From Atribacterota bacterium (lineage in GTDB: Bacteria > Atribacterota > Phoenicimicrobiia > Phoenicimicrobiales > Phoenicimicrobiaceae), in contig JBBRDV010000035.1 in assembly GCA_038203565.1 (NCBI GenBank), forward strand, positions 1 through 12,721: a stretch of DNA of 12,721 nucleotides, read 5' to 3'. This document shows positions 1 to 7,252 of the stretch, piece by piece; position 1 is the first letter of the stretch, and each line of letters starts with the position of its first letter. The notes beneath the pieces were generated by a model. It was not told where the DNA came from, did no database searches, and saw only the letters and a program-made list of their open reading frames with translations. Position numbers and translations under genes: made by a program.

Positions 1-31
1 CAAGAGAAGGATCGTAAAAATATAATAAAAA

Positions 32-86
32 GGTGTAGACTCACCTATATACAAAAACCCTTTACAAAAAGGAGGTAAGCTGCACC
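32..86 (+). promoter_or_regulatory. Inverted repeat that can sequester the transposase ribosome-binding site
   Basis: GGTGTAGACTCACCT (32-46) pairs with AGGTAAGCTGCACC (73-86), with one bulge, one mismatch and one G-U pair. The stem overlaps the AGGAGG RBS (70-75) just upstream of ATG 88. Confidence 0.55.
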
Positions 87-1377
87 CATGAAAACTATAG
101 CAATAACTTTCCCTTAAGATCAAGGTCAAAATACCCATTAAGGATCTAACCTTTGATATCTTAGAAAATATGCTCTTTGAAATATTACAGCGTATAGCTC
201 GTAAAGTCTTTGAAAAAGCCATTACTGATATAGATAATTGCTTACGGGATAAGAGAAAAAGGGGAGAACTTAAGAATACCGGTAAAAGAAAAAAATACTT
301 TCTCACCCGTTTTGGCGATATCCTCTATTCCCGCTCCCGTTACAAGGACAAGCAGGGTAAAACTCACTACCTCTTAGATGAGGCCTTAAGCATAAGTAAA
401 AACCAGAGAATTAGTCTATGTAGAGCCAGGATAGAATGTTTTCTTTCTGCTCTTTCCTCTTATCGGGAGGTGGTAGAGGGAATAAGACTCTTAATCAGTG
501 GCCCCTGCTGCCATGAAACTATAAGACAATCGGTAATAAAAGAGGGCAAATTAATCATGGAAAACCAGGAGAAAAAGTTAAGACAGATAGAGAACTTGGA
601 TTACCGGGATAAAGAGGCCCCTGATACTGCCTACCTAGAAGCAGATGCTACCTATATCACCTTACAGAAAAAAGGCCAAGAAAAAGGAGGAAAGCTGGAA
701 GTAAAAGCGGGAGTAGGCTATACCGGCAAAGAAGCCCGCTATAAAACAGGTAAATCTAAAAGACTAACCGAGAAATTTACCTTTATCGGTACAGGGAAAG
801 ACTTTATGAGAAGACTAAGCCTTCAGGCAGAAGAAGACTTTCCCTCTCTAAAGCAAAAAAGGTCATCTTCGGCGGAGATGGAGATTCCTGGATCACCTCG
901 GGAGTAGGTGATTACTTCCCTTCTGCTACTTATATTCTCGATCTCTACCACCTTTATAAGAAGTTTAAAGAATGTCTGTCAAAAAGGAAAGAGGAACAGA
1001 AGGTAATCAAAGACCTGCTGTTATCTAATCAGATAGATAAGGGTTTATTAAAGATAGACCAGCTAATCAGAAATCCCTATGACCTTAAAGAGAAAGATAA
1101 TCTATCAAAACTGTATACCTACATATCTCATAACCGCCAGGGGATTACTAATCAGTTTAAACTAAAAGATAAAGAGATAGAAAGGGCCGGAGCGATAGAA
1201 TCAAACGTAAATAAGGTGATAGCCTCTCGCTTTAAAAAAAGAGGGATGAGCTGGAGTAAAACAGGAGCCCTGGCTCTCTTAAAGATAAAAGAGACGGTCA
1301 TAAATGGAGAATGGGATGAATGGTGGGAGACCGAAAGAGAACGAAATATTAAAGTAGGTAAGTATAAACCACCTCTA

Positions 1378-1406
1378 CCTGTCTGCGTGCGAACACGCAC
1401 AGGCAG
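1378..1406. repeat. GC-rich REP-like mini-palindrome inside the transposase 3' end
   Basis: CCTGTCTGCGTG-CGAA-CACGCACAGGCAG: perfect inner stem TGCGTG/CACGCA (1384-1389/1394-1399) plus outer CTGTC/GGCAG. It is far more GC-rich than its surroundings. Confidence 0.7.
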
Positions 1407-1467
1407 AGGGGTAGGTCTACCCAAAGCCAGAAGAATTTTTTTCACCAAAAAAACTACCCCCAAAAGG

Positions 1468-1496
1468 TTGACACAGACCGCAATACGAAATAATTT
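1468..1496 (+). promoter_or_regulatory. Possible IS-end hybrid promoter (outward -35 from the IS, host -10)
   Basis: TTGACA at 1468-1473 inside the putative IR, 17-nt spacer, then TAATTT at 1491-1496 (keeps the TA---T positions). Confidence 0.4.
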
Positions 1497-1523
1497 GACA
1501 AGCAGTAAGTATTACCATAAAAT
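1495..1523 (+). promoter_or_regulatory. Sigma70/SigA-type promoter of the yicC-remA-gmk-rpoZ... operon
   Basis: TTGACA (1495-1500), 17-nt spacer, TAAAAT (1518-1523), about 50 nt upstream of the yicC start. Confidence 0.8.
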
Positions 1524-1574
1524 TAGTATGAAGTTTATAATTTCTAAAATATAACAAGCATAAGGGGAAAAAAA

Positions 1575-2450
1575 TTGATTAATAGCATGACCGGTTATGG
1601 TGTGGGAAGGGTTAAAGCAGAAGACGGAGAATGCCTGGTAGAGATAAAAAGCTTAAACAATAAATACTGTGAGATAAATATAAAAAACAACTTTCAATCT
1701 TTGGAAGTTGAACAAAAGATGGAAAAGTTAATAAAAGATAGGGTTTCAAGAGGGAAAGTTAATATTTTAGTAAAAGTTGAAAACTATAGCCTGACGGAAG
1801 AGAAGATAATATTAAATAAAGATATAGCTGATTCCTGTTATAAAAACCTAAAGACTTTAAAAGAGAAGTATAAATTAAAAGATGAAATAGGCCTAGGTTC
1901 TATGCTTAAGTTCAAAGATATATTTAAAATAGTAAAGGAAGAAGAGGGTGCCAAGACATGGCCACTGGTAGAAAAAACCACGAATCTTGCCTTAGATTCT
2001 TTGCTGAAGATGAGGGAAAGAGAAGGTAAGGTTCTTGTTGCCGATATCCGAAAAAGAGTCAAGACAATGCAAAAGTTAATAGATAAAATTGAAAAATATT
2101 CGAAATCGTCACCTCTCGATTATAAAGATAAATTTTTAAGCAAAATAAAATATTTGACCGATGGCCTGAATGTTGATGAAGGAAGAATCGAATTAGAAGC
2201 GGCAATATTTGCCGAAAAGACGGATATCACCGAAGAAATTACCAGATTAAAAAGCCACCTTATCCAATTCGATAATTTGCTAAATTTTGAGGAATCCGTG
2301 GGAAGAAAGATGGATTTTTTAACCCAGGAGATAAATCGGGAGGTAAACACTATCGGGTCTAAGACTAATGATATAAAGGTAACTTCTTTGGTTGTTTTGC
2401 TAAAAAGTGAATTGGAAAAGGTAAGGGAACAAGCTAGAAATATAGAATAA
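1575..2450 (+). CDS. yicC: YicC/YloC family endoribonuclease
   Basis: N-terminal SMTGYG and [17 protein letters not shown]-terminal [33 protein letters not shown] and [16 protein letters not shown] start with AAGGGG RBS. Canonical position upstream of gmk. Confidence 0.95.
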   Translation: MINSMTGYGVGRVKAEDGECLVEIKSLNNKYCEINIKNNFQSLEVEQKMEKLIKDRVSRGKVNILVKVENYSLTEEKIILNKDIADSCYKNLKTLKEKYKLKDEIGLGSMLKFKDIFKIVKEEEGAKTWPLVEKTTNLALDSLLKMREREGKVLVADIRKRVKTMQKLIDKIEKYSKSSPLDYKDKFLSKIKYLTDGLNVDEGRIELEAAIFAEKTDITEEITRLKSHLIQFDNLLNFEESVGRKMDFLTQEINREVNTIGSKTNDIKVTSLVVLLKSELEKVREQARNIE

Positions 2451-2463
2451 TAGAGGACAAAAT

Positions 2464-2745
2464 ATGCTGAATAATTTAGTGAATATAGGTTTTGGAAATT
2501 TTGTGAATTCTACCAGAATTCTAACCATTTTAAGTCCGGATTCCGCACCGATGAAAAGGTTAAAACAGGAAGCAAGGGCAGAGAAAAAGTTGGTTGATGC
2601 TACTTATGGGAGGAGAACGAGAGCAATAATAATTACGGATAGCAATCATGTAATTTTATCTTCTATCCAACCGGAAACCATTGCCCATAGATTCACCGAA
2701 TATAACCAACAAAATTTCAAATTAAAAGAAAACACTCTCAAGTAG
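2464..2745 (+). CDS. remA: DUF370 / RemA family extracellular-matrix regulator-like protein
   Basis: [18 protein letters not shown] and [30 protein letters not shown] signature. Conserved yloC-remA-gmk order. Confidence 0.93.
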   Translation: MLNNLVNIGFGNFVNSTRILTILSPDSAPMKRLKQEARAEKKLVDATYGRRTRAIIITDSNHVILSSIQPETIAHRFTEYNQQNFKLKENTLK

Positions 2746-2757
2746 GTAATTTTAAAT

Positions 2758-3411
2758 ATGAATGACGATAAAGAGTTTTTATCTTCTATCCCTGAACGAG
2801 ATACGAAATACGATATACGACATACGAGTGCAAGCAAGGGCTTGCTGTTTGTTATCTCTGGCCCATCAGGTGTAGGTAAAGGTACTTTAAGGGAAAAGGT
2901 GTTTAATATTTTCCCTGATTTAGAATATTCTGTATCGGTGAATACCCGCCCTCCCCGAAAGGATGAAATAGAAGGCAAGGATTATTATTTTGTAACAGCA
3001 GATGAATTCAAAAAAAGGATAGAGGAAAATATATTTGTAGAATGGGCTATTGTCCATGGAGATTACAAGGGTACGCCTATAAAATTTTTAGTAGAAGAAC
3101 TTCAAAAAGGGAGAGATGTCCTGCTGGAATTAGATGTTCAGGGTGCCATGCAGGTAAAGAGGAAATTTCCTGATGGTATTTTTATTTTTATAGCGCCTCC
3201 AACCTGGAAGGATTTAGAGGATAGATTGCGAAAAAGAAATACTGAGGGAGAAAAAGCCCTGGAAAAAAGATTAAAAGATGCCCGTATTGAAATAGAATAT
3301 AAAAAAAACTATAATTATCTGGTAGTGAATGATAATATAAAAACCGCTCTAAAAAAACTAGAGTCTATAATCATTGCCGAAAGATGCAAAATAGCAAATT
3401 ATAAAAAATGA
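2758..3411 (+). CDS. gmk: Guanylate kinase with a ~25-aa N-terminal extension partly encoded by a heptamer repeat
   Basis: P-loop ISGPSGVGKGT, TRPPRKDEIEGKDYYFV, FVEWAIVHGDYKGT, LELDVQGA, FIAPP, YNYLVVND. Confidence 0.97.
   Translation: MNDDKEFLSSIPERDTKYDIRHTSASKGLLFVISGPSGVGKGTLREKVFNIFPDLEYSVSVNTRPPRKDEIEGKDYYFVTADEFKKRIEENIFVEWAIVHGDYKGTPIKFLVEELQKGRDVLLELDVQGAMQVKRKFPDGIFIFIAPPTWKDLEDRLRKRNTEGEKALEKRLKDARIEIEYKKNYNYLVVNDNIKTALKKLESIIIAERCKIANYKK
2796..2828 (+). repeat. Heptamer tandem array ACGANAT, about 4.7 units
   Basis: ACGAGAT ACGAAAT ACGATAT ACGACAT ACGAG. Confidence 0.85.
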
Positions 3412-3472
3412 ATTTTAGTTCTAAAGTTGTAAAATAGTATATTTTCAGCAAGAGGAAGGGTGAAAAATAAAC

Positions 3473-3820
3473 ATGATAGATAATAAATATTTATTAGTAA
3501 TGATGGTAGCAAACAGAGCAAAAGAGTTGGCGAAAGGGGCTAAGCCTTTAGTGAAATCCAAATATAAACAGCATATTAGAATTGCCTTAGAAGAGATAAA
3601 AGCAGGAAGAGTGTACCTTAAAGAGAAAGAAGAGCCTTTAAAGGCTGAACAGATATTCAATGAAGTTGAAGAACCTGCAAAACCTGAAGACCTATCTGAT
3701 GAAGTTAAGGAGCCTGAAGAATCTGAAGAATTATCTGATGAAGATGAAGGACCTGCAGAAATTGAGGAGCTCTTTGATGGAGATGAAGAATTTGTAAACC
3801 CTGAAGACTTATTAGATTAA
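3473..3820 (+). CDS. rpoZ: RNA polymerase omega subunit with a long acidic repeat C-terminal tail
   Basis: NKYLLVMMVANRAKELAKGAKPLV...IRIALEEIKAGRV matches the omega core. Located between gmk and coaBC. An in-frame TGA at 3461-3463 bounds the ORF upstream. Confidence 0.9.
   Translation: MIDNKYLLVMMVANRAKELAKGAKPLVKSKYKQHIRIALEEIKAGRVYLKEKEEPLKAEQIFNEVEEPAKPEDLSDEVKEPEESEELSDEDEGPAEIEELFDGDEEFVNPEDLLD
3623..3817 (+). repeat. Five degenerate 39-nt (13-aa) tandem repeats in the rpoZ 3' end
   Basis: EKEEPLKAEQIFN / EVEEPAKPEDLSD / EVKEPEESEELSD / EDEGPAEIEELFD / GDEEFVNPEDLLD. DNA units start at 3623, 3662, 3701, 3740 and 3779. Confidence 0.85.
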
Positions 3821-3837
3821 AAAATAACTTAACTAAT

Positions 3838-3893
3838 TTAACTGGTTAACCGGCAAACGGGGTAACTGGGTAACGATATACGATATACGATAT
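3838..3893 (+). repeat. Composite intergenic micro-array: octamer (NTAACYGG-like) run joined to ACGATAT x3
   Basis: TTAACTGG TTAACCGG CAAACGGG GTAACTGG GTA (3838-3872), then ACGATAT ACGATAT ACGATAT (3873-3893). Confidence 0.85.
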
Positions 3894-3907
3894 AAAGAGG
3901 TAAGAAA

Positions 3908-5101
3908 GTGTTAAAAGGGAAGAAAATACTTCTGGGAGTTACCGGAAGCATAGCTGCTTATAAAGCAGCAGAGATAGTGAGTTTATTAAAGAAAAAAGGC
4001 ACAGAGGTTTTTGTAATTATGACTGAATCTGCCGCTAAATTTATTCAGCCTTTAACCTTTTCAGCTCTTTCCGGGAATCCGGTAATAGATAACCTGTTTT
4101 CTACCAATGATAAGATAGTAATAAAACATATCTCTCTTGCCGAATGGGCTGACTTGATATTGATTGCCCCGGCTACGGCAAATATTGTTGGTAAAATTGC
4201 CAACGGTATTGCCGATGATGTGTTAACCACTACAGTGATGGCTTCCAAAGCGAAGGTCATCTTTGCCCCGGCAATGAATAAAAATATGATATCTAATCCC
4301 CTGTATCAGCAGAATGTAGAAAAATTAACCGCCTTAGGGTACGAGTTTATAGATTCAGAATATGGCAGATTGGCTTGCGGCGAGATAGGGGAGGGCAGAT
4401 TAGCAAATATCGAAGAAATAGTAGATAGGGTTGAATATGCCCTGACCTTTAAAAATGATTACCAGGGCAAGACGGTATTGGTTACTGCTTCCTGCACCAG
4501 AGAACCTATTGATAAAGTAAGATTTATTTCTAACTATTCTTCCGGTAAGATGGGATTCGCTTTAGCAAAGATTGCCCGGGCCAGAGGGGCAAGAGTTATT
4601 CTGATAACCGGACCAACTTCTTTACCCGCCCCCAAGGGGATTACCACAATTTCAATTGAATCTGCGGAAGAGATGAAAAAAGAAGTTTTTAAATATTTTT
4701 CGGAGGTAGATATAGTAATTTCTGCCGCCGCAGTGTCTGATTTCCGACCCAAGGAAGTATTTGCCGGAAAGCTAAAAAAGGAAAAGAGTGAAAAACCGCT
4801 TATCCAGCTGGAAAGAACTCCCGATATCCTCTATGGATTAGGAGAGAAAAAAGGAGATAAAATATTGGTCGGATTCGCCGCGGAAACGGAAAATTTGGAA
4901 GCCAATGCCCTTAAAAAATTGCAGGAAAAAAGATTAGATTTAATTGTCGCTAATGATATATCGGCAAAAGAAGCTGGATTTGGCTCAGATAAAAATATAG
5001 CCAGGCTGATAAGCAGCAGGGGAACCGTCCGGGAATTATCCCTTATGCCTAAAATTGATATGGCTGAAAAAATCTTAGATGAAATTTTAAAAATAAAGTG
5101 A
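3908..5101 (+). CDS. coaBC: Bifunctional phosphopantothenoylcysteine decarboxylase / phosphopantothenate-cysteine ligase
   Basis: GVTGSIAAYK, HISLAEWAD, APATANI, PAMN, LACGEIGEGRL, VRFISNYSSGKMG, AAAVSDF, VGFAAET, IVAND, GFGSDKN. GTG start with GAGG RBS. Confidence 0.97.
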   Translation: MLKGKKILLGVTGSIAAYKAAEIVSLLKKKGTEVFVIMTESAAKFIQPLTFSALSGNPVIDNLFSTNDKIVIKHISLAEWADLILIAPATANIVGKIANGIADDVLTTTVMASKAKVIFAPAMNKNMISNPLYQQNVEKLTALGYEFIDSEYGRLACGEIGEGRLANIEEIVDRVEYALTFKNDYQGKTVLVTASCTREPIDKVRFISNYSSGKMGFALAKIARARGARVILITGPTSLPAPKGITTISIESAEEMKKEVFKYFSEVDIVISAAAVSDFRPKEVFAGKLKKEKSEKPLIQLERTPDILYGLGEKKGDKILVGFAAETENLEANALKKLQEKRLDLIVANDISAKEAGFGSDKNIARLISSRGTVRELSLMPKIDMAEKILDEILKIK

Positions 5102-7188
5102 AAAATGGAATTAATGAGTTTATTAATATGCATGGTGAAAAGAAATATGCTGAAATAGTAATCTTAGAATATAATTTTGATAAAATATTTCACTACTTTA
5201 TTCCTCAGGATTTAAAAGATCGGATATCTCTCGGGTCGAGAGTAACCATACCTTTCCGGGGTAAGGTGACTACAGGATGTGTCGTGGGATTTTTAGCTGA
5301 ATCGGATGTGAAAAACTTAAAAGACATCGTGCAAATAATCGATAAAAAACCCCTTCTTACTCCCCAGGTAATCAGATTAACCAAATGGATGTCTAATTAT
5401 TATCTATGTTCCTGGGAAAAGGTCTTAAATTATGCTATTCCTAAGACCCGTAAGGCCTGGCTGAAAAAATTCGATCTAACAGATGTTTCACCCCAAAACC
5501 TCCCCCGGCTGCCCAAAGATGATAAATCCTCGGATAATAAAATTATATTTTCTGCAGAAGAAGTAAAAGAAAATCCCCCCTTAAAAGAGATAGAAAATAT
5601 TATAAATAATAAAAAGTTTAAAATAGTTCTAATCCGGGGAAACAATTTTAGCAGCAGGATGAAAATTTATTTAAGGTGTATCCGAAAGACCCTAAAAGAG
5701 GGGAGGCAGGCTATTATATTAGCTCCTACCGAATCTCATCTATCGGAATTAGCCGGGCTGTTGGAAAAAGAATTTAAGGATAATATGGTAGTCTTTGATG
5801 AAAAGATAGACCAGAAGGCCAAATATCAGAAATGGATTAAAATAAGAAATTCACAGGTAAATATAGCCCTGGGGATGAGGTCATCCATATTCGTACCCTT
5901 TGACAGATTAGGATTGATTATCCTGGAGCAGGAACATAGCAGTCTGTACAAAGAAGAAAGGTCTCCCCGCTATAATGCCCGGGAAGTGGCTCTAAAACGA
6001 GCAGAATTGGAGAACATTCCCCTCTTTCTGAGCAGTGAAACACCGTCGATAGAATCTTACTGGAATGTCCAGGAAAATAATTTTTTAGAGGCGGAACTGA
6101 ACACCGGAGAGGAAAGAGAAAATCTATTAAAAAAAAACATCATAGATATGACCCAGGAAAAGTCCAAAAAAAAGATAATAAGCTATGCACTTCAACAAGC
6201 CATTTCCAGAAGTTTAAAGAACAAAAGGCAGGTCGTACTTTTTTTAAACAAGAGGGGTTTCTCAAGTTTTATGATTTGCAGCCAGTGCGGCCATATACCT
6301 AAATGCCCCGATTGCAATACTTCGCTTTCTTATCATTTAGATATTCAAAAAAGAGCTCAGCTGATTTGCCATAACTGCGGGAAAAAGGCAAAAGTAATGG
6401 AGGTTTGTACTAAGTGCGATAGTAAAGAGATTCGCCCCATGGGGATGGGAACTCAAAAATTAGAGAGCGAAATCAAGAAGATGTTCACCCGGGCTGAAAT
6501 AAGGCGCCTGGATCGGGATTCGTTAATTAAAGATGATGATTATCGGCAAATTCTGGAAGAATTTAAAAAGGGGAATACCGATATATTGATAGGTACCCAG
6601 ATGGTGTTAAAGGGAGTGGATTTTAATAATGTAGATTTAATAGGGATTATTTCCGCTGATACTCTGCTGAATCTGCCGGATTATCGTTCAGGGGAAAAGA
6701 CCTTTCAGCTGCTTAGTGAAGTTATTTCCTCTTTCAGGGAGATCAGTTTTCCCAAAGAAGTGATTATTCAGACCTTTAATCCCGCAGACCACTGTATAGT
6801 TGCCTTAAAAGAACAGGATGATAATTATTTTTACCAAAAAGAAATTGAATTACGGAAGGAATTGGATTATCCTCCCTTTACCCATATTATTAAAATCGTC
6901 ATCCTGGGAGAAGAGAAGGAAGTAGTTAAACAGAGAGCGGAATATCTAATCAGTTATTTAGAATCCCTCCGCAAAGATAAAGATTCTGCAGAATTTAAAT
7001 TGCTGGGTGCTGTAGATATGGTATTATGGAAATCGAGAAACGACTTCAAAGTACAATTTTTAGTAAAAGTAAAAGATTTAGAAAAATTTAATCAAGCATT
7101 TAAGAAAAAATATGATAAAATGTTATCAAAGCATTTTGACCAAAAAAACAGATTGACTATTGATGTCGATCCGGTAAGAATGATATAA
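5098..7188 (+). CDS. priA: Primosomal protein N' (PriA) with degenerate helicase/ATPase motifs; start at GTG 5098 (overlaps coaBC stop) or ATG 5128
   Basis: 3'-binding domain (FHYFIP, GSRVTIPFRGK, WMSNYY), SPRYNAREVA, LFLNKRGF, four CxxC pairs, GTQKLE, ILIGTQM, LNLPDYRSGEKTFQLL, IQTFNP, RKELDYPPF and C-terminal IDVDP. Canonical coaBC-priA-def-fmt order. Confidence 0.95.
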   Translation: MKNGINEFINMHGEKKYAEIVILEYNFDKIFHYFIPQDLKDRISLGSRVTIPFRGKVTTGCVVGFLAESDVKNLKDIVQIIDKKPLLTPQVIRLTKWMSNYYLCSWEKVLNYAIPKTRKAWLKKFDLTDVSPQNLPRLPKDDKSSDNKIIFSAEEVKENPPLKEIENIINNKKFKIVLIRGNNFSSRMKIYLRCIRKTLKEGRQAIILAPTESHLSELAGLLEKEFKDNMVVFDEKIDQKAKYQKWIKIRNSQVNIALGMRSSIFVPFDRLGLIILEQEHSSLYKEERSPRYNAREVALKRAELENIPLFLSSETPSIESYWNVQENNFLEAELNTGEERENLLKKNIIDMTQEKSKKKIISYALQQAISRSLKNKRQVVLFLNKRGFSSFMICSQCGHIPKCPDCNTSLSYHLDIQKRAQLICHNCGKKAKVMEVCTKCDSKEIRPMGMGTQKLESEIKKMFTRAEIRRLDRDSLIKDDDYRQILEEFKKGNTDILIGTQMVLKGVDFNNVDLIGIISADTLLNLPDYRSGEKTFQLLSEVISSFREISFPKEVIIQTFNPADHCIVALKEQDDNYFYQKEIELRKELDYPPFTHIIKIVILGEEKEVVKQRAEYLISYLESLRKDKDSAEFKLLGAVDMVLWKSRNDFKVQFLVKVKDLEKFNQAFKKKYDKMLSKHFDQKNRLTIDVDPVRMI

Positions 7189-7252
7189 ACATAAAATCAT
7201 TGCCTAGATTGTATCGGTGTGTAATTATTTATCTTACCATAGGAGAAAACAG

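Larger units (their letters stand above)
1..1479 (+). mobile_element. Decayed ISLre2-family insertion sequence; left end probably just outside the window, right end near 1479
   Basis: Contains a frameshifted ISLre2-type DDE transposase. The putative right terminal IR ...CCCCCAAAAGGTTGACACAGACC (ending 1479; reverse complement GGTCTGTGTCAA...) resembles ISLre2/IS256-type ends. The window begins with CAAG, compatible with a left IR truncated by about 9 nt (inference). Confidence 0.8.
88..1554 (+). pseudogene. ISLre2-family (UPF0236) transposase pseudogene with two frameshifts and a disrupted C-terminus
   Basis: RBS AGGAGG at 70-75 and ATG at 88 give MKTIAITFP, then TAA at 115-117. Coding continues in the frame of ORF 170..907 (KIKVKIP..., TRFGDILYSRSRY, YLLDEAL, YLEADAT). 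A second shift near 830-837 moves to the frame of ORF 1216..1554, giving VIFGGDGDSWI, ILDLYHL (D-x-x-H), GAIESNVNKVIASRFKKRGMSWS. These are the D, D, DxxH and E motifs of ISLre2/Mutator-like transposases. The last frame has no stop before the IS end and runs on to 1554. Confidence 0.88.

Noticed and set aside
1152..1463. 103-aa minus-strand ORF over the IS 3' end
   Set aside because: Antisense shadow of the transposase frame with no recognisable motif.
1216..1554. 112-aa ORF as an independent gene
   Set aside because: It is the tail of the frameshifted transposase frame (open from at least 838) reading through the IS end and the promoter.
3412..3472. Possible internal promoter upstream of rpoZ (TATATT at 3438-3443)
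   Set aside because: No convincing -35 at the proper spacing in AT-rich sequence.
2796..3893. Short arrays or rpoZ 39-nt repeats as a CRISPR array
   Set aside because: No constant repeat separated by unique spacers and no cas genes. The units are contiguous tandem repeats.
7217..7252. 12-aa N-terminal extension of Def from GTG 7217
   Set aside because: The AGGAG RBS at 7241-7245 and the canonical MAILEI start support ATG 7253.
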